Assembly (NCBI GenBank): GCA_964439325.1
Contig: CAYTNW010000005.1
Coordinates: 100,592 to 164,591, forward strand
Direction: 5' to 3'
DNA from: an uncultured Leptospirales bacterium
GTDB lineage: Bacteria; Spirochaetota; UBA4802; UBA5550
Length of the DNA stretch: 64,000 nucleotides
In this document: positions 18,944 through 29,238 of the stretch, one piece after another
Position numbering within the stretch: position 1 is the first letter of the stretch
Layout of the letters: each line of letters begins with the position of its first letter
The notes under the pieces: generated by a model
What the model was told of the DNA's origin: nothing
The model's database searches: none
What the model saw: the letters and a program-made list of their open reading frames with translations, nothing else
Program-made: the position numbers and the translations under genes

Positions 18944-19969
18944 TTGTTATATTCTCTTTTCAGTTCATACGTATTTATTAAAATGGAACCGGAGAGAACA
19001 GAATATTCAGAACCCGTTATTTTATTATCCCGGCCAGGCTGCTCTTATAAAGCCGCATATGTAATCGGGTGCCGCACGGTAACGGTTTCAACCGGTCTTG
19101 AGGGAGAGTATTGGAACCATGTAATTATGCAGATTATTGATAGGATAGTTTTAAAAATGTATTACCGAAAGTTTTTTAACAGATACCTGCTTGTTATTCC
19201 GGCAATTACCGCGCTGATGGTCTTATGCATATCGTCTGTAAATCTTTATGCGGAGGATTTTCATTCTGAAGGAAACATGATTGAAGTGGCCGGTTATTCC
19301 TATGCTGTAAAAAATTTTGCGGGGGTTGAGATGGTCCTTATCACAGGCGCTAAATTTGCTGATTTCTGGATCGGAAGGTATGAGGTTACTCAGGAGCTTT
19401 ATGAGTCGGTGATGAAGACAAATCCCAGCTATTTTAAGGGGAATCTGCTTCCGGTTGAACATGTAAGCTGGTTTAATGCTGTCGAATTCTGTAATAAACT
19501 CAGTATCAAGAGCGGATTTAAACCGTACTATAAGATAGAAAAAAAACCTGATGATCCGGAAAACGGGATCTACAGCAACAACCTGGATGTGGATGTAATA
19601 AAAAACGCTGATGGTTTCAGGCTTCCGGAGTCTGAGGAATGGGAATATGCTGCCAGAGCGGGGAGTACCGGAAAATACTACTGGGGCGACAAAATGAACG
19701 GTGATTATTGCTGGTACAGTGATAATTCAGATAAAAAGACCCATCCTGTTGGAACAAGAAAACCTAACAGGTTTGGGATATTCGATATTATTGGAAACGT
19801 ACGCGAATGGTGTTATAACTTCAAGACATCGGCATACGGTCTGTCGCGGCTGGTCCGGGACGGGCATTACAGTCTGGATGAGGATGATCTGCAGCTTGAT
19901 AAATCAGATTTTAGATCGCCGCAGCTGGATTTTGGTTTTATAGGCATTCGTCTGGTAAAAAATAAATGA
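18944..19969 (+). CDS. FGE-sulfatase (SUMF1/EgtB/PvdO-type) fold protein lacking catalytic Cys pair; true start probably ATG near 19157
   Basis: C-terminal GFIGIRLV (GFRxxR-like); WxxxEWEYAAR motif; TM/signal segment after an internal Met; first 71 aa of the ORF look non-protein-like. Confidence 0.6.
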   Translation: MLYSLFSSYVFIKMEPERTEYSEPVILLSRPGCSYKAAYVIGCRTVTVSTGLEGEYWNHVIMQIIDRIVLKMYYRKFFNRYLLVIPAITALMVLCISSVNLYAEDFHSEGNMIEVAGYSYAVKNFAGVEMVLITGAKFADFWIGRYEVTQELYESVMKTNPSYFKGNLLPVEHVSWFNAVEFCNKLSIKSGFKPYYKIEKKPDDPENGIYSNNLDVDVIKNADGFRLPESEEWEYAARAGSTGKYYWGDKMNGDYCWYSDNSDKKTHPVGTRKPNRFGIFDIIGNVREWCYNFKTSAYGLSRLVRDGHYSLDEDDLQLDKSDFRSPQLDFGFIGIRLVKNK

Positions 19970-19978
19970 GTTATTGTT

Positions 19979-21466
19979 ATGAATATTACAGAATTTAAAA
20001 CCGGATATTATGCCAGGGAATCGGGATGGACTGATAAAACCAGAATTTTCCTGAATACATTAATTATAACTACTTCCACTATTTTAGAAAAAGGGATATT
20101 CCTGTTTATTAATGTCGTTGTGGCCAGATACCTTGGTCTCGGCCAGTATGGGGAGTATACGACCGCTCTTGCTTTCGCTACATTTTTCTCTATGATCACA
20201 GATATGGGGATAAATCAGTCGATGATCAGGGAGCTCAATTATGAAGGAGAACAGGGGAAAACATTTTTTAATATTGTTCTTTTTAAAGTTTTTGTTTCAG
20301 TTGCCGTTTTTCTTGTTTTTCTCGTTTCAATTTTATTCACCAACTATAACCGTGATGTGATCTATCTGACTGTAATATTCGGATTTGTCAGGTTTATAGA
20401 TGAATACATAAGACTTTACAATACATATTATGAGGCCAGCAACCATTATATTCTTGCTGCCTGCTACAGGCTTCTTTTTGCGCTCCTTTTTCTCGGCTCG
20501 GTTTTCGCTGTGATATATATCCATGGCGGCAACAGGGAGATAGCAGTGTCAAGGCTCGTTGTTGTCCTTTTATTCTTCGGCCTTATCACTTATTCCCTTT
20601 TAAAGGGGAGAATGAAAGAAATCGATCCTGCTTACATGATTAATTTCAGCAGAGAAACAATACCTTTTGCGTCAATATTCATCTCCAACAATATTATTTT
20701 TCAGGGGAGCCTGATAATCCTTCCATTACTGCACGGTTCGATTTATACCGGTATATTTCAGAATGCATACATGTTCCTGACAACTCTGATGTTTATACCG
20801 GCTTCTTTTGACCGCGTTTTTATACCATATTTATATCAGCAGAACCATGATGACAATACGGAAAAATTTCAGTTTTCTTTTGAGATAATAGCCAAAACAT
20901 ATTCATTCATATCTTTTTATATTATGACAATTCTTTATCTGTATTCAGATTATATAATAGTGGCAATATTCGGTGCAAAATTCAAGGATTCGGTTCTTAC
21001 GCTTAAGATCCTCACAATTGCGATACCGTTTTTATTTAACGCCGCATACATAATGCTTACCTCGCTCAATAAGCAGGATATAGTAAGCCGTCTGCTGAAA
21101 TATATTGCTTTTGCCAGCGTTGCCCTTAATCTGGTGCTCGGTTATTTTTTTAAAGTATCCGGAACCGCAGCAGCGACTGTTCTGACCCTTTTTTGCATTT
21201 TTTTAATATCGAATATCGCCGTAAAAAAACACACAAATCTCGGGATCAGTCATCTGATTTCCGGCTATCTGAAGGGATTTTTCATCTTCGGTGTATGCTG
21301 GCTGCTGCATGGCCTCCTGTTGATAAAGTCCCAGGCCGCAGCGATGCTGGTGACAACTATAATATTTATATGGTTAAACAACATCTTTTTAATCACCAAT
21401 AATGATTACAGGATTATTTTTGAAATGCTCAATATCGGTAAAAAAAAGTCTGAGGATATAGTCTAA
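19979..21466 (+). CDS. MOP-superfamily polysaccharide biosynthesis protein / flippase (Wzx-like)
   Basis: 495 aa, about 12-14 TM helices, typical length and hydropathy. Confidence 0.6.
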   Translation: MNITEFKTGYYARESGWTDKTRIFLNTLIITTSTILEKGIFLFINVVVARYLGLGQYGEYTTALAFATFFSMITDMGINQSMIRELNYEGEQGKTFFNIVLFKVFVSVAVFLVFLVSILFTNYNRDVIYLTVIFGFVRFIDEYIRLYNTYYEASNHYILAACYRLLFALLFLGSVFAVIYIHGGNREIAVSRLVVVLLFFGLITYSLLKGRMKEIDPAYMINFSRETIPFASIFISNNIIFQGSLIILPLLHGSIYTGIFQNAYMFLTTLMFIPASFDRVFIPYLYQQNHDDNTEKFQFSFEIIAKTYSFISFYIMTILYLYSDYIIVAIFGAKFKDSVLTLKILTIAIPFLFNAAYIMLTSLNKQDIVSRLLKYIAFASVALNLVLGYFFKVSGTAAATVLTLFCIFLISNIAVKKHTNLGISHLISGYLKGFFIFGVCWLLHGLLLIKSQAAAMLVTTIIFIWLNNIFLITNNDYRIIFEMLNIGKKKSEDIV

Positions 21467-21723
21467 ACGCTGAATATATCAAGCCGCGGTGAAACAGGAA
21501 GTTTTAAACTGACATTTTTTTCAGGAATTCTATCCATCCCTTTAAACATCAATTGACTTTTATCAGTAATTGTAATAACAGGGCTTGAACTTTAATTACA
21601 TGGGAATATTTTTTAAATAGACAGCTCCGAGGCGGAGCCAGTCCTGTAAAAAAACGGGGTACTGTGCTCACTTCAGACTGTATTTAATCAAGTTGATGTC
21701 GAATTATTTTTCAGGAGAGTGTT

Positions 21724-22413
21724 ATGCAGAAGTATGCTGTTATTGGGCTTGGGAACTTTGGTATGCACATTGCTAAGTCACTCGCAGAATACGGGAGTGA
21801 AGTAACCGGTATTGATATTGACAGTTCCAAACTTTCACAGGCGGCGGGTTTTCTTAAAAATCCGGTTAAGGGGGATGTGACCGATCCGAAATTTCTGCAG
21901 TCGCTGAACCTCAAACGGATGGACGGTGTTCTTGTCAGCGCCGGTACCGATCTGGGATTGAATATCCTTGTTACCCTGACACTGAAAAAACTTGGTATTG
22001 ATAAGATAATAGTTTGCGCGTATTCTGAAAACCATTATAAGATTATTGAGCAGATAGGAGTGAAGGAGATAATATTTCCGCAGCGAGATATTGCCGCGTG
22101 GCTCGGTAAAAAACTTTCGATGAAGAATGTTCTTGATTATATACCGCTTGCCGGAGATTATGTTGTAATGAACATCCGTCCTCCAAAGAGCTTTATAGGA
22201 GTGAGTATAAGGGACTTGCAGATAGGCGCGCGTTTCCAGTGCCAGATCCTCGGTATTAAATATCTCGAGGGGAACGAGAGCTGGAATCCGGACAGGCCTG
22301 AATGGGAAAACATGAAAATCGCCCCGACTGCGAACGAGGTGATTCCAAAAAATTCTGTACTGCTGTTCCTCGGCCGGAGATCCGATCTTAAAAAGCTGCA
22401 GGACCTGGACTGA
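21724..22413 (+). CDS. trkA: TrkA/KtrA-type K+ transport regulatory protein (TrkA-N + TrkA-C)
   Basis: AVIGLGNFGMHIAKSL Rossmann motif; C-terminal TrkA-C-like domain. Confidence 0.7.
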   Translation: MQKYAVIGLGNFGMHIAKSLAEYGSEVTGIDIDSSKLSQAAGFLKNPVKGDVTDPKFLQSLNLKRMDGVLVSAGTDLGLNILVTLTLKKLGIDKIIVCAYSENHYKIIEQIGVKEIIFPQRDIAAWLGKKLSMKNVLDYIPLAGDYVVMNIRPPKSFIGVSIRDLQIGARFQCQILGIKYLEGNESWNPDRPEWENMKIAPTANEVIPKNSVLLFLGRRSDLKKLQDLD

Positions 22414-22416
22414 TCC

Positions 22417-22444
22417 GCATAACGGCGTGTGTGCGTTATGCTTT
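22417..22444 (+). terminator. hairpin terminator after trkA
   Basis: gcataacg-gcgtgtgtg-cgttatgc stem-loop then TTT. Confidence 0.4.
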
Positions 22445-22530
22445 AAAAATGGCAAATATTATGCTGCGCTGTATCAGATTCGCGCCTGAGGATTCAATTT
22501 CTATGAACCTGGAAATCGTGTGCTGCTGAA

Positions 22531-23265
22531 ATGCCGGCGAAGATGAAAAGGATAACTGTTATGAAGAGTTCAGTAGTATTTCTAATTTTTTCTTTTACTG
22601 TATTTTTTTCAGTATCGGCAGTGTATCCGCTTGATAAAGCGGAAGATGAGTTTATAGCTGGTAAGATCGAGTTTATCGGTAAAAATGGAAAGGATGGAAT
22701 TGCTGTAATAACCTCACCGGAAAAGGGATATCTGCTGAATAAGGGCACTCTTCTTTATATCAGGAGAGGGAAAGATCGTATAATTCTTAAGATAAATGAT
22801 ACGGCAGGGAAATACCTGAGATGCATTGTGAGCAGTGAAAAGGGGAATCCTGTTATCGGATTTGGCGACGATGTATACTATTCAGATTCGATAAACAGCG
22901 GAATGAAATACAGAGACGCGAAAAGAATTTTTGCGGAACATATCAGGCTGTATGAGAACTTTATTCTGAAAGTGGAATCAACCGAAGATACGCAGGTTCT
23001 GGCTGATGAAATAAAAAAACTGTCCGTCGAGCTTGATAGTCTTATACCGGAGATGCAGAGAATCAACAGCAGGTATCCAGAGCTTAATAAAAAAGACACG
23101 CCACCTCCGGTTGAACTGAAAGGGGAACTGGAGATGCTGCAGGCGCTCGAGCCGAGGCTGAAAGATGCATTCTTTAAAATACAGATGTTCAGTTCTGATC
23201 AGAATATTAAAAAAGCAACAGAGGAGTTGCAGAAAGTACTTGCGAAATTGAAGATTGATAAATGA
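22531..23265 (+). CDS. secreted coiled-coil protein, unknown function
   Basis: Signal peptide; C-terminal heptad-rich region. Confidence 0.5.
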   Translation: MPAKMKRITVMKSSVVFLIFSFTVFFSVSAVYPLDKAEDEFIAGKIEFIGKNGKDGIAVITSPEKGYLLNKGTLLYIRRGKDRIILKINDTAGKYLRCIVSSEKGNPVIGFGDDVYYSDSINSGMKYRDAKRIFAEHIRLYENFILKVESTEDTQVLADEIKKLSVELDSLIPEMQRINSRYPELNKKDTPPPVELKGELEMLQALEPRLKDAFFKIQMFSSDQNIKKATEELQKVLAKLKIDK

Positions 23266-23834
23266 ATACAGAATCAATGAAGAATATCTGGCAGTATATT
23301 GCCGGAAGTCAGGCAGTGAACGAATGGGGTATCTATGCCGTTATTATAGCTCTTCTGCTGCTATATAGAAAACTCCGCCTCGGAAGATGGAGAACAATAC
23401 TTAAAAATTCTGTGGAATACCATAAATTCCATCTGTCAAACATCGCTAAAGATCCCTCTATGAACGAAAAGAACCGTGAGCTGGCCCAGGCCCTGCACTG
23501 GGGAGCAACAAAACAGCTTGCAATTGATCTTAATGGAGGCAGAGGCGGAGCTGCTCTCTGGAGATCTTTTCTTGGAGATAAAACCGCTCTGAATACATGC
23601 GGGACAGTTTACTATCAGTGTGCGAGAAATTACAGGTATATCGATCAGGTCATTATAAAACTTAACGATACACTGATAAGCACCTTCTACAGAATCTATT
23701 TTCTTGAATCGCACCTTTCGCTCGTGGCGGTTCTGTATATGGACATCACTCTTCTGTTTTATAGAGCAACCAGGCCGGATGGTGGTGCCGGCAGGCTCTA
23801 TCTTGAGATGAGCAGAGAAACAAAAAAGTTCTGA
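23262..23834 (+). CDS. membrane-anchored hypothetical protein
   Basis: ATGA overlap with upstream gene; single N-terminal TM. Confidence 0.45.
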   Translation: MNTESMKNIWQYIAGSQAVNEWGIYAVIIALLLLYRKLRLGRWRTILKNSVEYHKFHLSNIAKDPSMNEKNRELAQALHWGATKQLAIDLNGGRGGAALWRSFLGDKTALNTCGTVYYQCARNYRYIDQVIIKLNDTLISTFYRIYFLESHLSLVAVLYMDITLLFYRATRPDGGAGRLYLEMSRETKKF

Positions 23835-24180
23835 TCAGGAGCCTTTTACCGGCTTTGACCGGCGAGTTAACGCGGAGATTAAAATTTTTTTAATAAACAG
23901 TTTCTGTAAGGCGAAATTGTTATGCATTAATTGATATAATATTTTATAAATCCTGATATTCCGTAGAGATGAACACCCGGCCTGGAAAAATATTGGATAA
24001 TACTAAACTCGCCTCTGATTGCGTAAAGAGATCAGCCCAAAAAATGCAAAATAATTTTTATACCTTGACAATAAGGAATTTATATGTCAAAATTAAATAT
24101 TCATTTATAAACTAACATAACTCGATTCCAATTGCTCGGGAACAGTAAGTCTCACGGTAATTGTTATTTGCTTTTACTAT

Positions 24181-25677
24181 GTGTCAAAACTGTTATGCTA
24201 TTTCTCTTTTAATATATCCGTTATTGATAAAATATTTCAGGAATTAATAATTCATATGAAATTAAAGGGCGTTAAAAAAAAGGTTCTAATCGTCGAGGAT
24301 CAGCTTATCATAGCGATGGATTTAAGGCTGACTATCGAGGGATTGGGGTACAGTGTGACAGGTATTGCCGGAACAGCAGAGGAATGCTTCCAGTATATAG
24401 AAATGGATATGCCTGATCTGGTTCTGATGGATATTATGCTTGCAGGTAATGTTGATGGTATCTCGACAGCAGAGGCTATACACAAGAGGTTTGATCTTCC
24501 GATAATCTATCTTACGGCGCACTCCGACGAGAATTCTCTGCTGAGGGCCAATCTTACCGGGCCTTATGGGTATATAGTCAAACCTATTGAAGAGAGAGAC
24601 CTTTTTATTTCAATGGAAATTGCTCTCCACAGATTCAGCATAGACAAGGAACTGAAAAGAAAAGAGGTCAAGTACAGAACTCTGTTTGAACAGTCTCTAG
24701 ATCCTATTTTTATCGTTGATGAATCAGCTGTGATAATAGATGCGAACCAGGCAATGATAGACCTTTTTGAATACCCTCTTGAAGAGCTGCTCGGCCACGA
24801 GGCATCCGAGTTTTTTTATGATCAAAGCGAGTACGAAGCCTTTATATATCTTGCGGAACAGAAAGGCTTTGTAAGTGATTTTGAGTGCAGGATGAGATCA
24901 AAAACGGGCAGATCGGTTGATGTCCAGATTGCACTTACGAAATATGATTACGGCCGGGAGCAGGGTGGCGGATATCAGGGCATAATAAGAGACATCACGC
25001 AGTATAAACTCTACTTCGAAGAGCTGATCAGGTCCAGACAGGAGCTGCGCAACCTGACGTCTCATATTGAATCGTTAAGGGAGAGAGAGAGAACTGACAT
25101 AGCAAGAGAGATTCATGATGTCCTCGGGCAGTCACTGACCGCTCTTAAAATTGACCTTTCATGGATCAGAAAAAAATTGAACCCATCAGATGCCGAGCTT
25201 CTTGAAAAAACCGCGGTAATGGACAGCCTTATAAATGACGTCATTGTAACGGTCCGGAGGCTCTCCGCGAGTCTGAGGCCCGGGATTCTCGATGATCTCG
25301 GACTGGCGGCGGCAATCGAATGGCAGAGTGAAGAGTTTAAAAAAAGAACAGGTTTCCGGTGTAATGTGGTGTGTGATGAAATTCCGGTATTACCTGAAGA
25401 TAAGGCCGTGGCCCTTTTCAGAATATTTCAGGAATCCCTTACGAATATAATAAAGCATTCAAATGCAGACAGTGTCGAGATATCTCTCCAGAAAAATGCC
25501 GATAATATAGAGATGACAATTAAAGATAACGGGAGGGGATTCAGCAGTGAGAGGCTGTCAAACAAGGGCTCTTACGGAATAATCGGGATGAGAGAGCGTG
25601 TGAAATACTTTAACGGTTCGCTTGATGTTGCCGGGGCTGATGATGGAGTATCTGTACACGTAAAAATACCAGTGTAG
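24181..25677 (+). CDS. hybrid receiver-PAS-histidine kinase (HisKA_3/NarX-like); likely start at internal Met near 24256
   Basis: REC domain (LVLMDIML); PAS; H-box REIHDVLGQSLTALK; HATPase motifs. Confidence 0.75.
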   Translation: MSKLLCYFSFNISVIDKIFQELIIHMKLKGVKKKVLIVEDQLIIAMDLRLTIEGLGYSVTGIAGTAEECFQYIEMDMPDLVLMDIMLAGNVDGISTAEAIHKRFDLPIIYLTAHSDENSLLRANLTGPYGYIVKPIEERDLFISMEIALHRFSIDKELKRKEVKYRTLFEQSLDPIFIVDESAVIIDANQAMIDLFEYPLEELLGHEASEFFYDQSEYEAFIYLAEQKGFVSDFECRMRSKTGRSVDVQIALTKYDYGREQGGGYQGIIRDITQYKLYFEELIRSRQELRNLTSHIESLRERERTDIAREIHDVLGQSLTALKIDLSWIRKKLNPSDAELLEKTAVMDSLINDVIVTVRRLSASLRPGILDDLGLAAAIEWQSEEFKKRTGFRCNVVCDEIPVLPEDKAVALFRIFQESLTNIIKHSNADSVEISLQKNADNIEMTIKDNGRGFSSERLSNKGSYGIIGMRERVKYFNGSLDVAGADDGVSVHVKIPV

Positions 25678-25692
25678 TAACGGTGAATATAA

Positions 25693-26328
25693 ATGATAAA
25701 AATTGTAATAGCAGATGATCACGAAATTGTGAGAGCCGGTTTAAAACAGATAATATCCGATGATGACAATATGGAAGTTGTCGGAGAGTCAAATAACGGG
25801 GAGAATCTGATTGAGCTTGTAAAGAAAAACGATTATGATGTTGTACTGCTTGACCTTAAAATGTCGGGGATCAGCGGCATAGATGTAATCAAGCATATCA
25901 AAGCGATAAAACCGGACCTGCCGATAATTGTTCTCAGCATGCACGCCGAGGATCAGTATGCGGTTCGAACTATTAAAGCCGGGGCGTCGGGTTACCTGAC
26001 AAAAGAGACTGCCGCCGAGAACCTTATCTCCGCAGTTAAAAGAGTGGTATCCGGGGGCAAGTACATCAGTCCCACGCTTGCTGAGACACTTGCCGACAGT
26101 ATCGCCGGCGGTGGGGCCGATCTGCCCCATGAAAAACTGACCGATCGTGAATTCCAGGTAATGTGCATGATAGCATCGGGAAAAACTGTTTCAGAGATAG
26201 GATCTGTTCTGTTTCTTAGCGTTAAAACAATCAGCACTTACAGACAGAGGATACTGGAAAAAATGAATATGAAGAATAATTCAGAGCTGACTCATTACGC
26301 GATTAAAAATAATCTGCTTGAAATGTAA
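25693..26328 (+). CDS. NarL/FixJ-family response regulator (REC + LuxR HTH)
   Basis: VLLDLKM receiver motif; C-terminal LuxR-type HTH (FLSVKTISTYRQRILEKM). Confidence 0.85.
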   Translation: MIKIVIADDHEIVRAGLKQIISDDDNMEVVGESNNGENLIELVKKNDYDVVLLDLKMSGISGIDVIKHIKAIKPDLPIIVLSMHAEDQYAVRTIKAGASGYLTKETAAENLISAVKRVVSGGKYISPTLAETLADSIAGGGADLPHEKLTDREFQVMCMIASGKTVSEIGSVLFLSVKTISTYRQRILEKMNMKNNSELTHYAIKNNLLEM

Positions 26329-26404
26329 GCGGTTTTTGCCACCCCCTCATCAAAAAGTACTCCGATAATTCAACACAGACGGGATTTGCAGGTTTTGTGT
26401 AGGT

Positions 26405-26431
26405 GTTTGTCCTACGGGCTGTAGGACAAAC
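26405..26431 (+). other. perfect 11-bp stem hairpin gtttgtcctac-gggct-gtaggacaaac
   Basis: Seen directly; no T-run follows; gtcctac repeated again 25 nt downstream. Confidence 0.4.
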
Positions 26432-26521
26432 TGAAGATAATTATTAACTCCGTCCTACCTCTTTAATATCAAAAACCCCATAATTAATTAGTCTTTGTCC
26501 GATTGAGTAGTTTTTAAACCT

Positions 26522-26917
26522 GTGATACTTATTCATCATGATCAGACAGGAAAAAATATGAGAGTACTTGTTGTTGATGACTCCTCTCTCATACGTGGAA
26601 GGATTCTGTCAATGCTTTCATCCTTTGAAGGTATCAGTGTTCTTGGTCTTACAGGTGATGAGGAATGGAGTCTTATCGGGGGTTTAAATCCTGATTTCGT
26701 TATTCTTGATATCAAACTCAGTAAAAGGAGCGGAGTTGATATACTGAGAAAGATGAAGAAATTATTTCCATGTATGCCTGTAGCAATGCTCAGCAACTAT
26801 TTCGATAACTACTACATTACTAAATGCAAAGAGTACGGCGCGGATTATTTTTTTGATAAGTCAAACGATTTTGAGCAGCTTGCAAATACAATTATTGATT
26901 ATAAAAATCTTCATTAA
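26522..26917 (+). CDS. single-domain response regulator (receiver only); probable start at internal Met near 26558
   Basis: VLVVDDS...FVILDIKL...receiver motifs; 120 aa. Confidence 0.7.
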   Translation: MILIHHDQTGKNMRVLVVDDSSLIRGRILSMLSSFEGISVLGLTGDEEWSLIGGLNPDFVILDIKLSKRSGVDILRKMKKLFPCMPVAMLSNYFDNYYITKCKEYGADYFFDKSNDFEQLANTIIDYKNLH

Positions 26918-26936
26918 GGGCAAAAAAGGGGGGGGT

Positions 26937-27197
26937 ATGAGTTGTAATTTAATTGATAATGTGGAAAACGATAACAGTTCTGAATTTTTCAGAAGAGTCA
27001 GGAGTATCGGTTGTAACGACGGGCAGCTTGTTTTTGATTTCACAAGATTGGATACATTCGAACCCGGCCTTATAAAAACTATATGTATTGCACAGCGGTT
27101 TGCAATGCTGGATAACAAAAAAATAATATTCAAGGGTATACCTAAAGAAACTATGGACCTCCTTGAGAGTAAAACTAACGTCGCCGTTGCTTTTTAA
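26937..27197 (+). CDS. short STAS-like (anti-sigma antagonist-like) protein
   Basis: AAGGGGGGG RBS before ATG at 26937; LVFDFTRLDTFEPGLIKTICIAQRF resembles SpoIIAA-type STAS core; the upstream part of the ORF-track call overlaps the previous gene. Confidence 0.4.
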   Translation: MSCNLIDNVENDNSSEFFRRVRSIGCNDGQLVFDFTRLDTFEPGLIKTICIAQRFAMLDNKKIIFKGIPKETMDLLESKTNVAVAF

Positions 27198-27265
27198 TTA
27201 TCGCCGTAACGTAATTTAATTGACATGCCGCTTATTTCATGCTAAAAATAAATTTGGCATGAAAT

Positions 27266-29134
27266 ATGAATAAGCAAATTAGAATAATAATTACATATGC
27301 TGTTTTAATCCTTTCGGGTCTTCTCATATATTATTTCAGGTTTCATTCTGTCAGCAGCGGTTTCGGGAGTTATTTCTTCAATCATTCATTATACATACCA
27401 GTGATATTGACGGCATTCTGGTGGCAGTTCAGGGTAATACCTGTTATTATTTATCTTGTTACACTGCTTATCTGTGCCGATATTTTCTCCGGGCATAGAT
27501 CATTGATTTTCATAGACCTCATTAATGCGCTGTTTTTTACCGCAGCGGGTATTACCGTTTCGTATTTTAAAAATATTCTTACACACCAGCTGCATCTGAA
27601 AATCTACAGGGATATTCTTTATTCAATACAGGAAGCAGTAGTAATAATAGACAGGTCTTTCAATATAATTCTGAACAACGATTCTTTCAACAGGATATTC
27701 AATGTTTCGAAGAATGAAATCAGCAATATAGATCTTCTTTTTAATAACGATCTTAAAATGAAAGAGTTTCAGGAAAACGCTTTGCGCAGTTTTTGCGGAG
27801 AAAGCGTTTTCATGGGAGTTTACCTTCATGATGAACAGGAGGAGGGTAACTATTATCTGATTAATTTTTATCCGCTTAAAAACGAGTCGGGAATTAATAA
27901 TCTGATTTTAAGCTTCAGCGATATCAGTGAACAGAAAAAAAATGAGATGATTCAGAAGAAGGCCTCGGACAGACAGAGACTTTCAATAGAGGTGCTCGAA
28001 CTTATAAACAGGGATAAGACCGACTCCGACCTTATTAATGATATACTTACTTTAATTCGCGGTAAGACAGGAATAGATGCTCTGGTAATTAATTTAAGAT
28101 CTGGGGAGCAGTACTGCAAGTTTGCATCAATGAGTCTTCTTGACAAGATTAAGGGATCTTCGGGTGTTAATCACACAAAGCCGGAATCAAAGAAGACTAA
28201 AAATGCTGTCATAGCCGGTTTTGACGAGTCATTCTGCAGCAGGATCGCCGGGGATTCACTTTTCTGGACAAATAATCTTGCCGGGCATTACATGGAACAG
28301 GATGGCAAGTCGGGCCATTCGGCTGTTTTTGAGCATTTTCTATCGTGCGCTATTATTCCTCTAAAAAATGGAAATGAGCTGATGGGATATTTCATGCTCC
28401 TCGACAGCAGGGAGAATTTTTTTGATCAGGAACTTATCTTTTTTTACCAGGGACTTGTCGAGAGTATTGAACTGGCACTCAACAGGATTGCGAATGAAGC
28501 AAATCTCAGGAATATGATAAACGAGAAGGGACTTCTTATTAAAGAGATCCATCACAGAGTAAAAAATAACATGCAGGTGATCATCAGCCTGATAAGTCTG
28601 CAGGCTTCACGCCAGGATGATGATAAGGTCAGAGATATACTTAATGATTGCCAGAACAGGGTGAGGACGATGGCGCTCGTCCATGAGAAATTGTACAGCA
28701 GTGAAAATTTTACATCAATAAACATTAATGCATATATCCGCAGTCTTGTTCCGATGCTGATGACATCATATAAAGTTGATAAAGCAAAAATTTATGTTGA
28801 GATAAACGCTTTCGATACATATTTCAGTCTAAATACAGCTATTCCGCTGGCCCAGCTGGTTAATGAAATTCTTTCCAACTCCTTCAAACATGCATTTGTT
28901 AATCGTACCGAGGGGAGCGTAAAGATTTCTCTGTCTCCGGAAGACGGTGTTCCGAACCGGTATATGCTGACAATATCGGATAACGGAGGTGGTCTCCCTT
29001 CCGGTGTTACTTATCCCGAAGAGGGCAACCTCGGTTTCCAGCTGATTGATGCACTATCAAAACAGCTGAAAGGAAAAATAGCATTTTCCGGAGAGGGTGG
29101 AGTATCTATAAAGGTTTTATTTAGTGATAATTAG
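27266..29134 (+). CDS. membrane sensor histidine kinase, HisKA_2/HWE-type
   Basis: N-terminal TM helices; PAS/GAF-like middle; H-box EIHHRVKNNMQVIISL; HATPase C-terminus. Confidence 0.75.
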   Translation: MNKQIRIIITYAVLILSGLLIYYFRFHSVSSGFGSYFFNHSLYIPVILTAFWWQFRVIPVIIYLVTLLICADIFSGHRSLIFIDLINALFFTAAGITVSYFKNILTHQLHLKIYRDILYSIQEAVVIIDRSFNIILNNDSFNRIFNVSKNEISNIDLLFNNDLKMKEFQENALRSFCGESVFMGVYLHDEQEEGNYYLINFYPLKNESGINNLILSFSDISEQKKNEMIQKKASDRQRLSIEVLELINRDKTDSDLINDILTLIRGKTGIDALVINLRSGEQYCKFASMSLLDKIKGSSGVNHTKPESKKTKNAVIAGFDESFCSRIAGDSLFWTNNLAGHYMEQDGKSGHSAVFEHFLSCAIIPLKNGNELMGYFMLLDSRENFFDQELIFFYQGLVESIELALNRIANEANLRNMINEKGLLIKEIHHRVKNNMQVIISLISLQASRQDDDKVRDILNDCQNRVRTMALVHEKLYSSENFTSININAYIRSLVPMLMTSYKVDKAKIYVEINAFDTYFSLNTAIPLAQLVNEILSNSFKHAFVNRTEGSVKISLSPEDGVPNRYMLTISDNGGGLPSGVTYPEEGNLGFQLIDALSKQLKGKIAFSGEGGVSIKVLFSDN

Positions 29135-29238
29135 ATTTAATTTTTTAATTTTAAACCCCGGTCATTAATCCGCAATCTGAAATAAAATAATTCTCATCAA
29201 ATATTTTTTTTCTTGTCGTAAACATCTGATTAAATTAT

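Noticed and set aside
18944-19156. N-terminal 71 codons of the FGE-like ORF (TTG start)
   Set aside because: The sequence (MLYSLFSSYVFIKMEPERTEY...) has no signal peptide or TM character, whereas a clear TM/signal segment begins at the internal Met near 19157. The extension is likely an artefact of the absence of an in-frame stop.
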